DNA of 64,000 bases from Alphaproteobacteria bacterium (GTDB lineage: Bacteria; Pseudomonadota; Alphaproteobacteria; GCA-2731375). The translations under genes were made by a program, and so were the position numbers. The number at the start of each line of letters is the position of its first letter. Position 1 is the first letter of the stretch. The stretch spans positions 5,888,001 to 5,952,000 of the forward strand of contig CBDDPY010000002.1 of assembly GCA_965232515.1 (NCBI GenBank), read 5' to 3'. The notes beneath the pieces are model-generated. The model worked only from the letters and a program-made list of their open reading frames with translations. It was not told where the DNA came from and did no database searches. Shown one piece after another: positions 39,890 to 50,332 of the stretch.

Positions 39890-40168
39890 TTAGAAGTTTC
39901 CCTCCGCGACTTCCTTAAGGATCAGCTTGTCGAGCGTCAGATCGGCCACGGCCCGCTTGAGCCGGGCATTCTCCTTCTCCAACTCCTTCAGGCGTTTCGC
40001 CTGGTCGACCTTCAGACCGCCATACTCCCGGCGCCAGCGATAGTAACTCTGCTCCGATATGCCCAACACACGGCAGATCGTGCCAATCTTCTCGCCCTGC
40101 GACAGGCGAACTTCGACTTCACGCAGCAGGCCAATAATCTTTTCGGGTGTGTAACGTTTCCGGCTCAT
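39890..40168 (-). CDS. IS3 transposase OrfA (HTH + leucine zipper)
   Basis: [16 protein letters not shown] and [13 protein letters not shown] motifs. Confidence 0.9.
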   Translation of the reverse strand: MSRKRYTPEKIIGLLREVEVRLSQGEKIGTICRVLGISEQSYYRWRREYGGLKVDQAKRLKELEKENARLKRAVADLTLDKLILKEVAEGNF

Positions 40169-40476
40169 CTCTTCCTCCTAATCAGAGTTCAGATTAGCCG
40201 GACTCTCTCTTTCAAACTGGACCAGGTTTCGGGGGGCAGATCACTGCTGCTTCGCCTGGATCCAACTCACCAAGCAGCCGTGGAGGATCATGTCCATCGG
40301 ACTACGAGATTGGGCTCATCAATGATTCTTTTTGCAGCTTGGTGTTACAAGGTGTCCGAGCATTGGCCAGGCCGCGAGTTGGGATGTTAAGTGATATAGC
40401 ATAAATATCCGTCTTTACAACCGAAGAAGCTAGTTGATATGATCGATACGACGTAAGATAGAAACGGGGAGATTCA

Positions 40477-40665
40477 ATGTTTAGATCAAACACACTCGAT
40501 GACCTGGTAGAGAGCTATAAAGCTGCAAGGAAGAGCGGCGATAGCAATACAATTTTGTCGGCGGAAGCTGCGATCAACAGTTTCGCGCAAGGCGAAGCTA
40601 TGATGATGACAATGAGGGTAAATGAAGCGGTTGCGGCCCGTATTTCGGGCTTTAATGCGGCGTAA
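40477..40665 (+). CDS. 62-aa hypothetical peptide, first gene of low-GC operon
   Basis: Strong RBS GGGGAG; directly upstream of PaaK-like gene. Confidence 0.6.
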   Translation: MFRSNTLDDLVESYKAARKSGDSNTILSAEAAINSFAQGEAMMMTMRVNEAVAARISGFNAA

Positions 40666-40677
40666 CACACGCACACG

Positions 40678-42051
40678 TTGGCCCACATGGGTCCACACGA
40701 TTCCGCCGATCAATTTAGGGAGCGAGTGATCGAACTTACAGTTCGATCAGCTCGCCGAAGAAGCAGTTACTACCGCGACAAATGGGGCGGGGTGGCGATT
40801 GGCCGAGGCTTTTGCTTAGCTGATTTGGCAAGCTTGCCAATCACCACAAAGGCTGCAATCCAAGGCAACGAGGCCGAGTGGGCCTCAGCGCGTGACGTGA
40901 TCGCAATCCAGAATACGTCCGGCTCGACGGGTTTGCCACTATTCGTCTACCGAACAGAACGCGAATTCCGTTTCATTGAGCGCTTCTTTCCCGCCGTAGA
41001 AGGCGAGAATCGGGGGCGGTATCCGCTTAGCCTCCACTTATCCATTCCCCAGCACGGATGTCCCACGCCTATCCCAGGGCAAATGTTTACGCTCCAAGCT
41101 GCTGCATACAATGACAAACTGATTGAGTATTCGGTTTCTCTTCTGAAAAAAAGATTTTCCGTGCCGCATCTTCAAGAGCGCGTTTCTCTTATAGGCGGCG
41201 ATCACAATTCGATTCTTCTATTGACCCGTTTCCTCCAAGAGACCAAGGACCATGCGGCGTCAGAATCGATCCGGGCTCTGGGACTCACAGGACGATTGCT
41301 AACAGACCGCTGGCGCAAGGTCATAGAGAGAACCTGGTCTGCGAAAGTCTATGACAGGTATTCCCTGTCCGAGATCTTTGGCGGAGCAAGCCATTGCGGA
41401 GATTGTGGAGGTTACCATTTTGATCCACATGTAGTCGCAGAAATAGTTCCAAATTTGAACGAACCGGACCGTCCAGTTCATGAGGGCTCTGGGTCTCTCC
41501 TCCTGACGACACTTGCACCTTTTGTAACCAATCAACCCTTTATTCGTTACCTCACCGGTGATCTGTTTCGCGCGGTTAAAGGAGACTGTCGCGACCGGTC
41601 TTTTTTTTATCTTGGTCGTCGCTCTCACACGCTTTTCCGTGGCCAGATTACCGGCAAGACAGACGATGAGACCGTTTTAATTGAAGCGGAAAAGCTTATA
41701 AATGTCGTCGATAGCATCCCCGGCGTACGGCGACCAGGAGCCTTCCGGGATGTCACAAGGGTCGCGGATCGGTCTGATATCAATCTGCCGTTTCTTCGCG
41801 GCGGCGTTGAGCGACGCGCCTCTTCCACATGTATTGCTCTAGATCTTGCGATCGACGATTTAGCAACGGGGCCCTATAACGCGCCGCTGGCTGCGCAAAC
41901 TCCGAAGCTCCGACCGCTGGCGGAGTTCTTGGGACGATCAATTAAGCAGGGGGGAGTCTCCTGCGACTTCGTCATTCGCATTCGGCCGGAATCAGAATTT
42001 AAAAATCTAGAGAAGAAATCCGATCTTTGGATCGATTCTCCGCAAAAATAG
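40678..42051 (+). CDS. Phenylacetate-CoA ligase (PaaK)/F390 synthetase-like adenylating enzyme
   Basis: LPITTK, NTSGSTGLP, DRYSLSE, PFIRYLTGD and YLGR motifs. Confidence 0.75.
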   Translation: MAHMGPHDSADQFRERVIELTVRSARRRSSYYRDKWGGVAIGRGFCLADLASLPITTKAAIQGNEAEWASARDVIAIQNTSGSTGLPLFVYRTEREFRFIERFFPAVEGENRGRYPLSLHLSIPQHGCPTPIPGQMFTLQAAAYNDKLIEYSVSLLKKRFSVPHLQERVSLIGGDHNSILLLTRFLQETKDHAASESIRALGLTGRLLTDRWRKVIERTWSAKVYDRYSLSEIFGGASHCGDCGGYHFDPHVVAEIVPNLNEPDRPVHEGSGSLLLTTLAPFVTNQPFIRYLTGDLFRAVKGDCRDRSFFYLGRRSHTLFRGQITGKTDDETVLIEAEKLINVVDSIPGVRRPGAFRDVTRVADRSDINLPFLRGGVERRASSTCIALDLAIDDLATGPYNAPLAAQTPKLRPLAEFLGRSIKQGGVSCDFVIRIRPESEFKNLEKKSDLWIDSPQK

Positions 42052-43100
42052 GCCGGTCACCATCAAACCGATTTGATGTGTGTGTTTTGGGCGCTGGCCT
42101 GAGTGGCTTGCTGGCGGCCACGGAACTTCAACGCGCAGGATTTCGCACTTGCGTCGTACAAAAAGGCGACTGGTGGTCAAGCCAGTCTGCAGTATCGCAA
42201 GGTTTCATCCATTGCGGACTAAAGTACTTCGACGTGGCACCAAAAACTGAGTTTAAGCGCGGCCTAGCACGAGGACGCGTCGCTTGGAACCGTTTCCTTA
42301 GTCGCAGGACGCAATCGCCAATACAACACACTCGTATCAACTATCTCTTCACGGCACGTTCAAGCTTAGCGCAATCATTTCAGTCAGTGGCGCGCGAACA
42401 CCATATTACGGCTACCGAAACGACGGGTTCCGACAAGGTCGGTGGATTTCGAGGCCGGATATTTGAGACTGATGAATTTGCAATTGACTTCGCCGACTTG
42501 CTGGAAATGCTCCGCAGTCGGCTTGCTCATAAGCTATCGGGCCCAGCTTGGAATCTTAGTCGCGGCAGAGGCGGGTATGTGGTGCGATCGGATGAGCGGC
42601 AAGTGGTGCATGCCGATTGTGTCGTGTTAGCAGCGGCTCAGGGAATACCTGAATTGGCGTCGAGGACGGCAATAGGTGATTTCGTCGTGAAACGCAGACC
42701 TCTTGCATTAGCGACACTTACCGGCATGAAGCAACCGATAACCGCTCATTTGTTCCATGAGGGGCTCCGGCCATTCCTGACACTGTCCAGCCGGCAGAAT
42801 CGAGAAGGCGATTGGCAGTGGAGTGTCGGAGGTGACGTGGGCGAAGGGATGCCACACAAGACACAATTCGAAGACATGGTTGCCGAGGCGCTTACAAAGT
42901 ACTTCCCTGAATTGAGCGTGGGGCGAGTGACATCGAGACAGCTATGTCGTATTGAACCGGCGGACGGCCGTAACGATGTGAGCGTATCTGGCGAGTTGAT
43001 CCTCCAAGACCGGGTCGCGCTTATGTTGCCCAACAAAGCGACGAACATTCCGAAAATGGTTGAAGCAGTCGTAACACACCTATCGCGCCGAAGCGGCTGA
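42027..43100 (+). CDS. FAD-dependent oxidoreductase
   Basis: FDVCVLGAGLSG and QSAVSQGFIHCGLKY motifs; start uncertain. Confidence 0.75.
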   Translation: MDRFSAKIGRSPSNRFDVCVLGAGLSGLLAATELQRAGFRTCVVQKGDWWSSQSAVSQGFIHCGLKYFDVAPKTEFKRGLARGRVAWNRFLSRRTQSPIQHTRINYLFTARSSLAQSFQSVAREHHITATETTGSDKVGGFRGRIFETDEFAIDFADLLEMLRSRLAHKLSGPAWNLSRGRGGYVVRSDERQVVHADCVVLAAAQGIPELASRTAIGDFVVKRRPLALATLTGMKQPITAHLFHEGLRPFLTLSSRQNREGDWQWSVGGDVGEGMPHKTQFEDMVAEALTKYFPELSVGRVTSRQLCRIEPADGRNDVSVSGELILQDRVALMLPNKATNIPKMVEAVVTHLSRRSG

Positions 43101-43111
43101 GGATTGCAAGC

Positions 43112-43945
43112 TTGAAACCCGAAGTCCAATTTCCGTTGGCCCACATGCGAAAGACGCGGTTTGGAATGCGGTTGAGCCGAATCGGCCTCGGAGCGGTGAA
43201 GTGGGGGCGCGTAAAAGGGTTGAAGTATCCGTCCCATGAGATCTTGCCCGAGTTTGAGAATGTCGCAAGCCTCGTCGAGATGGGTCGTCGCCTGGGTTTG
43301 AATTGGATCGACACCGCCGTGGCCTATGGTGAGGCAAATCTGCGGATTGGCCAATTGGAGTTGGGAAAGGATCCTTACTGGAAAATTTGCCTGAAGCTTG
43401 GTGAACGCTTCGATGGTGAGAATTCGGAATATGATTTCCAAGAGGCAGCGCTACGCCAGGATTTCGACCGCGCGCTCGAGCAACTCCAAACGGAACAAGT
43501 GGACGTGACGCTGCTGCATCTTCCGTCAGGACCGGGCGAAGTCAGAGCCTATGAGTCCGGCCAAGAAGCCTTGCGGAGCATGAAATCGAGAGGCATAACG
43601 AAAGCTATTGGCGCGTCCACTCACAGTGTAGAAGTCACCGCGCGAGCCCTTGCGGATATGGATGTCGCTATGGTCGAATTGAGCCGAGCGCATCGCAAGT
43701 TGGAGAGTATTGTCCGCGGCGCGCCCGCCGGCAGCATACTTGTCAAGAAACCGTTTTCGAACGGCTGGCTAGTACCACCATTTGGCGATGTATCTGTGAT
43801 TGATGCATTAGCTTACTGCTTTGGTCCTCCATCCGTGGCCGCGGTCGCCGTGGGCACGATATCTCCCGAGCACCTCTCTCAGTGCGTTGGCGCTACGACT
43901 GAATTCCAACCGGATCAGTTTTACACCAAACTGCAGAAAGCGTGA
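43112..43945 (+). CDS. Aldo/keto reductase
   Basis: LSRIGLGAVKWG, WIDTAVAYG and TLLH motifs. Confidence 0.82.
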   Translation: MKPEVQFPLAHMRKTRFGMRLSRIGLGAVKWGRVKGLKYPSHEILPEFENVASLVEMGRRLGLNWIDTAVAYGEANLRIGQLELGKDPYWKICLKLGERFDGENSEYDFQEAALRQDFDRALEQLQTEQVDVTLLHLPSGPGEVRAYESGQEALRSMKSRGITKAIGASTHSVEVTARALADMDVAMVELSRAHRKLESIVRGAPAGSILVKKPFSNGWLVPPFGDVSVIDALAYCFGPPSVAAVAVGTISPEHLSQCVGATTEFQPDQFYTKLQKA

Positions 43946-44003
43946 CTCGTTAAATGTCTGTTAGGCTAGCGGTGATTCAACATGGAAAAATGAGGAGTTT
44001 TCC

Positions 44004-44453
44004 ATGGCCCGCGGTATCCCCCTTCGACCTGATTACAACGGAGATACGCTTCGCGCCCTGGCCCGCTCGACGGGTGATGCTAAGCAGGCCTGACGCATGT
44101 TGTCGCTGTCACTGATCTACGATGGTGGGTCCCGCCCGGCGGCGGCGCGGCACGCCGATGTCAGCATTCAAACGGTGCGGGACTGGGGGTTGCGTTTCAA
44201 CGCCGCGGGTCCGGACGACTTGGTCGATGGCAAATCGACGGGCGCGCCGCCACGCCTGAACGCGGCCCAGTGCGAGGCCCTGGCCGAGGTGGTCGAGGCG
44301 GGGCCAACCCCGTACCTCGATGGCGTGGTGCGGTGGCGCTTGAGCGATCTCGTGGCCTGGGTCCACGATGAGTTCGACGTCACCCTGGATGAAACGACGG
44401 TCGGCCGGACCTTGCGCACGATGGGCTACCGCAAGCTCACGGCGCGGCCACGC
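44004..44453 (+). pseudogene. IS630-family transposase N-terminal remnant
   Basis: MARGIPLRPDY...; internal TGA at 44091; DGVVRWRLSDL and MGYRKLTARP, then truncated by an IS3 end. Confidence 0.82.
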
Positions 44454-44481
44454 TGGCCTGCCCCTGTTCAGTGGTCCAGTT
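44454..44481. mobile_element. Isolated IS3 terminal repeat
   Basis: tggcctgcccctgttcagtggtccagtt matches 38992-39019 with 1 mismatch. Confidence 0.8.
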
Positions 44482-44553
44482 AGAATACAGTTAGAATCAG
44501 GGGACACGATATCTATTTGACAGACTAATCTGTCTGTTCCAGGCTTCTCCCTC

Positions 44554-45142
44554 ATGGCACGGCTTGCGAGAGTGGTGGCGCCCGGGGTGCCGCATCATGT
44601 GACGCAGCGTGGCGGTCTGGGCCTATTGCCTGATGCCGAACCATGTGCACCTGATCCTGGTGCCGCGGGACTCGACGGGACTTCAGCGGGCCCTGGGCGA
44701 GGCGCATCGGCGCTATACCCGACAGGTCAACTTTCGCGAGGGCTGGCGCGGCTATCTCTGGCAGGGCCGCTTCGCCTCCTTTCCGCTGGACGAAACGCAC
44801 CTGCACGCGGCGGGCCGCTATGTCGAGTTGAACCCAGTGCGCGCCGGCCTGGTGACGCGGGCCGCCGCCTGGCCCTGGTCGAGCGCGGCGGCGCACCTGG
44901 CGGGCAATGACGACGACCTGGTGACGGTGGCGCCGCTGCTGGAACGGATCGCGGATTGGCCCGCCTATCTGGCCGCCGGTCTGACGGACGACGAACGCGA
45001 ACGCCTGCGCCAGCACGAGCGCACCGGCCGGCCGCTGGGCGCGGCGACCCTCATCGAGGCGCTGGAAAGCCAGCTGGGCCGCCGCTTGACGAAGCGCAAG
45101 GCCGGCCGGCCCAAGAGCCGCCACGGCGATGCGCCCCGATGA
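44554..45142 (+). pseudogene. RAYT-like Y1 HUH transposase with internal deletion/frameshift
   Basis: MARLARVVAPGVPHHVTQRG in one frame; WAYCLMPNHVHL, WQGRF, YVELNPVRAG and WSS in another; flanked by GGGGACA/TGTCCCC inverted repeats. Confidence 0.85.
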
Positions 45143-45317
45143 CCACGACACCCCTCCCTAACAGCTGTCCTATGCACCGAAAATTGGTATTATGTCCCCT
45201 TATTAATCGAAAATGTCGAAATAAGGTCAGGTCAGGTCCAACCTCGGCGATCACGTTGACACGGCATCGGGGCCGCGGAAACCTGATGCGTCACCCGATG
45301 CGAATGGGTGACATGCA

Positions 45318-45500
45318 ATGCTCGCGGCGCAAGGTCCGGTGCCGCTGATCGACAGCGGCATCTCGGGTTATTTCTGGACGGGCCCGCGCTTCTTCTCGAT
45401 CCTGCTGTACACCCGCAAGGGCTTCGATGCCGACGCAGCGATCGCGCAATGCCGCGACGTGCTGGGCGTCGAGGGCGAGGGCGTCACGCATTCGTTCTGA
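45318..45500 (+). pseudogene. Possible C-terminal fragment of an S-adenosylmethionine decarboxylase-like gene
   Basis: VPLIDSGIS...LYTRKGFD recalls that family; no N-terminal part visible. Confidence 0.3.
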
Positions 45501-46041
45501 CGGCCACGGACCTGCGGTGGATGGATCGTCGCGCGCGTGAAGCCGAATGTCGTCGCTTAGCAATGGTTGGATGTCGGATCATATGCTGGCAGAGGTCTGC
45601 CTTCAGCTAAGAAGCGGACATACGGGGCCGATTAGCGCCTCGACCGTTTCTGACCCATTGCCGACGTCCTCATCACTGAAGCAGGCGCGGTAGACCGCCG
45701 CCGCAAGCCCGAGCCTTAACGTAGATCTTGTTACATCACATCGCCGACGTTGTTGAGCAGCGCTCGACGCGGCACGAACTTCGCCGCTGCGCATCGCGCC
45801 GGGCGATGACTCGATCGATCGTCTGCTGAACAAGGTGGAGGCCCAACTTGCTGAGTTCAAGCGCCGGGAACCCCTGACGCGCTTCATCGCATTCGGGTGA
45901 TTGCGCGCGCCTGCGCCTCTCGCTCAGTTTGAACTGCGGCAGGCATTGAGGGCTGGCGCAGACCATGATGGCGGTGAGAAATGCGGGCTAGGTGTTCTGC
46001 GCCGCCGGCAAACGCCGCGGGGCGCAGTACCAAGGCTGAGT

Positions 46042-46458
46042 TCAGCGGCCCCGAGCTCCCTCTGCCGGGTTCGCGCAGAAGATCGCGACCTTGTTGCCCA
46101 GGGGATCGCGGAGATATCCGACATAGAAGCGATCGCTGTACTTGGCCCGCAAGCCGGGAGCGCCCTCGTCGGAGCCGCCCGCCTGAAGACCAGCGGCGTG
46201 AAGGTTACGGACCATCTCATGCGTCTCGGCTTGGAAGGCCGTCATAGAGCCGTTGCCAACGGTCGCCTCCTTCCCGTCGTATGGCTTCGCCACGTAAACC
46301 GCCGCGGGGCCGGGGGACCGGCCGGGCACGTCCGGAAAGGTGAATTCGATGCCGTTCGGCACTTCCTTCTTCCTGTAACCGAGCGGGGTCAGGATGGCCG
46401 TGTAGAAACGCCCCGAGAGCGGGATATCGTTGGAACCAACCCTGATGTAGCTCAGCAT
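46042..46458 (-). CDS. VOC/glyoxalase family protein
   Basis: MLSYIRVGSND, ATVGNGSM, GGSDEGAPG and YLRDPLGNK motifs. Confidence 0.88.
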   Translation of the reverse strand: MLSYIRVGSNDIPLSGRFYTAILTPLGYRKKEVPNGIEFTFPDVPGRSPGPAAVYVAKPYDGKEATVGNGSMTAFQAETHEMVRNLHAAGLQAGGSDEGAPGLRAKYSDRFYVGYLRDPLGNKVAIFCANPAEGARGR

Positions 46459-47063
46459 GCAGTCGCTCCTGTCTGAAACGTGCCTCCCCCCGGGAAGGCT
46501 CGAAGCGCGCCTCCGTTCCGGGCAACTGTACTTACCAGAACCTGGACGGTCATTCATGCACCCCGACCGAAGCTGCGCGACATGTGTGAGGGCCGTGTCG
46601 CAGAGCCAGCCATCGTGGGGTGCCGCGTTCCCTATGCCGTCACGGCTTCGCTGGATGGGCTCAGACCGGACACGTCCGTACCACGTTGTTACTTCGCCGC
46701 ACTAGACGGATCGTACGATCCGCGTTCGGCCTGCAACGGCGCCGACCACGTCCGGCCAGCCCCCGGCCATGATCGCCACCGCACTGCAGGCGCACTAGAC
46801 CGGGACGGCATGTCTGCTCCGCGTCGATACGTATGATGTGAATGCATCGGCCAAACTTCGCCTATTGGCTAATTCCCGACCTTTCGAGCGCCATATCACA
46901 GAGTCCGGTTTGGATTGGACTCCCGCCGGTCCTAGGGGTGGCGCGGCGGACGTCGGAGGATTAAAGCCGAGCAGATGTTGATGGTCTCGGTTTCCTCATG
47001 CGCCAACGGTGACGCGCAGGCGTGACCAATGGCGATTCGGCGCGGCCCGAGTGCAGTAGCCCC

Positions 47064-48398
47064 CTAATTCACCTGGAACAGGTAGTTCGGGAGCCAGAGG
47101 GCGATGGCGGGGAAGAGGACGATGAGGAACAGGCCCGCGAGCTCGACGATGGTGTAGGGGCCGACGGACCAGTAGATGTCCTTCATGGTGACGTCCGGTG
47201 GGGCGACTGATCGGAGATAGAACAGGTTGAAGCCGAACGGCGGCGTCATGTAGCTGATCTCCATCATCACCACGAACAGGATGCCGAACCAGATCGGGTC
47301 GAAGCCGTGGCTGGCCACCAGCGGCAGGAACACCGGGAGCGTGATGAGCATGATGCCGACCGGATCGAGCACCATGCCGAGCACGAACAGGACGGCCATC
47401 ATGAAGCCGAGCGCGCCCCACTTGCCGCCGGGGATCTGCTCGGTGAGGCCGGTGATGAAGGCTTCGGCGCCCATGGCCGTGTAGGCCGTGGAATAGGCGT
47501 GCGCGGCGAAGACGATCCAGGTGATGATCGTCGTGAGCCGGAACGTGCGCAGCGCGGCTTCCGAGATCACGGGCCAGGACAGCTTGCGGTTGACGGCGCT
47601 GGCGACGAGCGCGCCGAAGACGCCGACGGCGGCGGCTTCCGTGACCGTGGCGAAGCCGCCGAAGATCGCGCCCAGCACGATGAAGATGATGAAGATCGGC
47701 AGGACCACCGATTTCAGCGCATTCAGCTTCTCGCCCCAGTCGGCGCGCTCGTCGGCCGGCAGCGCGGGCCCGAGCTGCGGCTGGAACCAGCAGCGCACGC
47801 CGATATAGATCGAGACCAGCACGAACAGCAGCAGGCCCGGGCCGACGCCGGCGGCGAACAGCTTGCCGACCGAAACCTCGGTGATGAGCGCGTAGAGCAC
47901 CATCAGGATCGACGGCGGGATCAGGATGCCCCAGCCGCCGCCGGCGTTGATCGCGCCCAGCGCCAGGCGCTTGTCATAGCCGCGCGCAAGCATCTGCGGC
48001 AGGGCGATGGTGCCCATGGTGACGACGGCGGCGCCGGAAATGCCGGACATGGCCGCGAAGATGGTGCAGATGGCGACGGTGCCGATGGCGAGGCCGCCGC
48101 GGATGCCGCCCCACCACAAGTGCATCATGCGGTAGAGATCGTGGGCGACGCCGCTGCGTTCCAAGAGCATGGCCATGAAGACATAAAGCGGGATCGCGAT
48201 CAGCGACGACGTCTCCATCAGGTCCCACATCTTCGAGGCGATGAGATAGAAGGCGACGGGGCCCTTCTCGAAGTAGAGGAAGATCACGGACAGGCCGCCG
48301 AGCACGAAGGTCAGCGCCACGCCCAGCATGATGAAGCCGAACAGCAGGCCGAAGAACAGGACCGTCAGGACGCCGATCGAGATGGACTCGTACATCAA
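47064..48398 (-). CDS. dctM: TRAP transporter large permease
   Basis: LIAIPLYVFM, GILIPPS and MTPPFG motifs. Confidence 0.92.
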   Translation of the reverse strand: MMYESISIGVLTVLFFGLLFGFIMLGVALTFVLGGLSVIFLYFEKGPVAFYLIASKMWDLMETSSLIAIPLYVFMAMLLERSGVAHDLYRMMHLWWGGIRGGLAIGTVAICTIFAAMSGISGAAVVTMGTIALPQMLARGYDKRLALGAINAGGGWGILIPPSILMVLYALITEVSVGKLFAAGVGPGLLLFVLVSIYIGVRCWFQPQLGPALPADERADWGEKLNALKSVVLPIFIIFIVLGAIFGGFATVTEAAAVGVFGALVASAVNRKLSWPVISEAALRTFRLTTIITWIVFAAHAYSTAYTAMGAEAFITGLTEQIPGGKWGALGFMMAVLFVLGMVLDPVGIMLITLPVFLPLVASHGFDPIWFGILFVVMMEISYMTPPFGFNLFYLRSVAPPDVTMKDIYWSVGPYTIVELAGLFLIVLFPAIALWLPNYLFQVN

Positions 48399-48961
48399 AC
48401 GGTTTCCTTCTCGTCGGTCTCACCGTCGCGCAACGGGCCGTAGGCGGTCTCGTCCACCTCCAGCCCCATGACGATCATGATGTCGGCGATCAGCTTGACC
48501 ACGCCCTGCAGGAACAGGAGCGCGGCGGCGACGACGATCATCGATTTCGACGGCCAGATCCACGGCCGCCAGGTGGTCTCGTAGCTGACCTCGAGCCGGG
48601 AAACGCTGTCGTAGGCGAGCGAGTAGCTTTCTTTCAGCAGAATGATCAGAAACAGGAAGAACAGGAACGACGTGGCGATATCGACGATGGCCTTCTTGCG
48701 CCGCGAGAAATTGCCGTAGAACAGGTCGACGTTCACATGGTCGCGCCGGGCCAGCAGATAGCCGCCGCCGATGATGGCGTAGACGCCGAAGATCAGCTTG
48801 GACGCCTGGGCCGACCAGGAGATCGGGCTCTCGGTCAGATAACGCATGATCACGTCGCCGAGCAGCAGGACGAACAGGATCAGCACGACGTAGCTGACGA
48901 CCCGCCCGATCCAGGCGTTGACGGATGTGACCGCGCGCGCGAATGCGGTGATGGCGCCCAT
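48395..48961 (-). CDS. dctQ: TRAP transporter small permease
   Basis: 4 TM; HVNVDL motif. Confidence 0.9.
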   Translation of the reverse strand: MGAITAFARAVTSVNAWIGRVVSYVVLILFVLLLGDVIMRYLTESPISWSAQASKLIFGVYAIIGGGYLLARRDHVNVDLFYGNFSRRKKAIVDIATSFLFFLFLIILLKESYSLAYDSVSRLEVSYETTWRPWIWPSKSMIVVAAALLFLQGVVKLIADIMIVMGLEVDETAYGPLRDGETDEKETV

Positions 48962-49077
48962 GGGATTCCTATTCGCCGTTCGGAGTCAGGCGTTGGTGCG
49001 CGCCGTTTCCCAGGACCGCTTGCCCGACATGGCAAGCGGTCCCGGGTTGACGCATGGTTTTAGTGTTGGCCGTCGTC

Positions 49078-50127
49078 TCAGGCGGTGTCGGTGTAGCCGA
49101 GATCGTTCAGGAAGCCGAGCAGCATGTCGGTCGCCTTTTCGGCATTGCCGCCCTTGGCGCGCTCTTCCTTCAGGATCGCGCCCGAGGCCTCGGCGAACTT
49201 CGACAGCACGGCGTCGGGGAACTGCGCCACCTTGACGTTCTGCTCGGCCACGCCGGACGACAGCGCGACCCGCTCCTTGAACTGGTACTCGGCGTTGCGC
49301 TTCCAGAAACGCACCTCGAGCAGGTGGAAGAACTCCTTGCGCAGGTCGTCGGGCAGGTCGTCGACCGCGCTCTGGTTCATGATCAGCGTGTCCATGGCGA
49401 GGCCCATGGTCGGCTTCATGTGGAACTTGGCGACTTCCCACAGGCTCATGGACTTGGCGCCCTGCGCCGCGCCCCAGTGCGCGCCGTCGACGACGCCGCT
49501 GGCGAGGCTCTGATACAGCTCGGGCCCGGCGATGTATTGCGGCGAGCCGCCGGCGGCCTCGAGATACTTCAGATAGCTGCCGGATGAGCGCAGCTTCAGC
49601 TTGGAGAAGTCGTCGAGCGAGTTGACGGGCTTGGTCAGCACCAGCTCGGTCGGATAGACCTTCTCGGCCCGGCTGACGACGCCATGCTTGGCGAGATCGT
49701 CGTTGAACATGGCTTCCAGGCCCATGTTCTTGAGGAAATGCGCGAACTCCCACGGCTCGCGCAGCGTGCCGGGCACGCCGAAGGCAAGGCCGGCGGTCGA
49801 CGCTTCGCCCAGGATGTAGCCCGGCGAGATGGTGCCCATCTCGACGACGCCGCGGCGGACGATGTTGAAGATCTCGGCGCCCTTGGCGAACTCGCCGGCG
49901 CCGTGCAGTTCCAGCTTGAAGCGGCCCTCGGTGACCTCCTCCAGCTCCTTGGCGATGACGGCGAGGCTGTCGCCGTAAGAGGCCGACGCCTTCGGCCAGT
50001 GCGACTGCACCTTCCAGGTGACGCTCTCGGCCGCCTCGGCCCGGCCGATCACCGCCGGCGCGGCGGCGATCGCCACCCCGCCGGCAAGCGCGGCGCGCCG
50101 GGTGATGTTGGATTTATCGACTGTCAT
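49078..50127 (-). CDS. dctP: TRAP substrate-binding protein (Tat signal)
   Basis: ITRRAAL leader, WKVQSHWP, LKLRS and ELYQSLASGVVDG motifs. Confidence 0.9.
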   Translation of the reverse strand: MTVDKSNITRRAALAGGVAIAAAPAVIGRAEAAESVTWKVQSHWPKASASYGDSLAVIAKELEEVTEGRFKLELHGAGEFAKGAEIFNIVRRGVVEMGTISPGYILGEASTAGLAFGVPGTLREPWEFAHFLKNMGLEAMFNDDLAKHGVVSRAEKVYPTELVLTKPVNSLDDFSKLKLRSSGSYLKYLEAAGGSPQYIAGPELYQSLASGVVDGAHWGAAQGAKSMSLWEVAKFHMKPTMGLAMDTLIMNQSAVDDLPDDLRKEFFHLLEVRFWKRNAEYQFKERVALSSGVAEQNVKVAQFPDAVLSKFAEASGAILKEERAKGGNAEKATDMLLGFLNDLGYTDTA

Positions 50128-50332
50128 GGCACTACTCCCTTGTGCGCTCGGTTCTCTTGCCCTCGGTGTCGTCGCGGTGGCTTGTCGCGGCCGGTTGCCG
50201 GCCCGCCACGGCCCCGCAGCTTTCGTCGCCGCTATAGTAGACAATCGGCCTGCGATTGCCAGAGCGGGTAAGGAAATTCAGACGACTGGCAACGTGCGAA
50301 CCAGGTGTCGACGCCGCAAACCGATATCGCCT

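Larger units (their letters stand above)
38992..40243 (-). mobile_element. IS3-family element (IS407-group-like)
   Basis: Imperfect TIRs tagcctgcccctgttcagtggtcca / tggaccaggtttcggggggcagatca; orfA and orfB joined by G-GGA-AAC slippery site; no target duplication seen. Confidence 0.9.

Noticed and set aside
45603-46040. Short ORFs right of the island
   Set aside because: No motifs; probably decayed sequence
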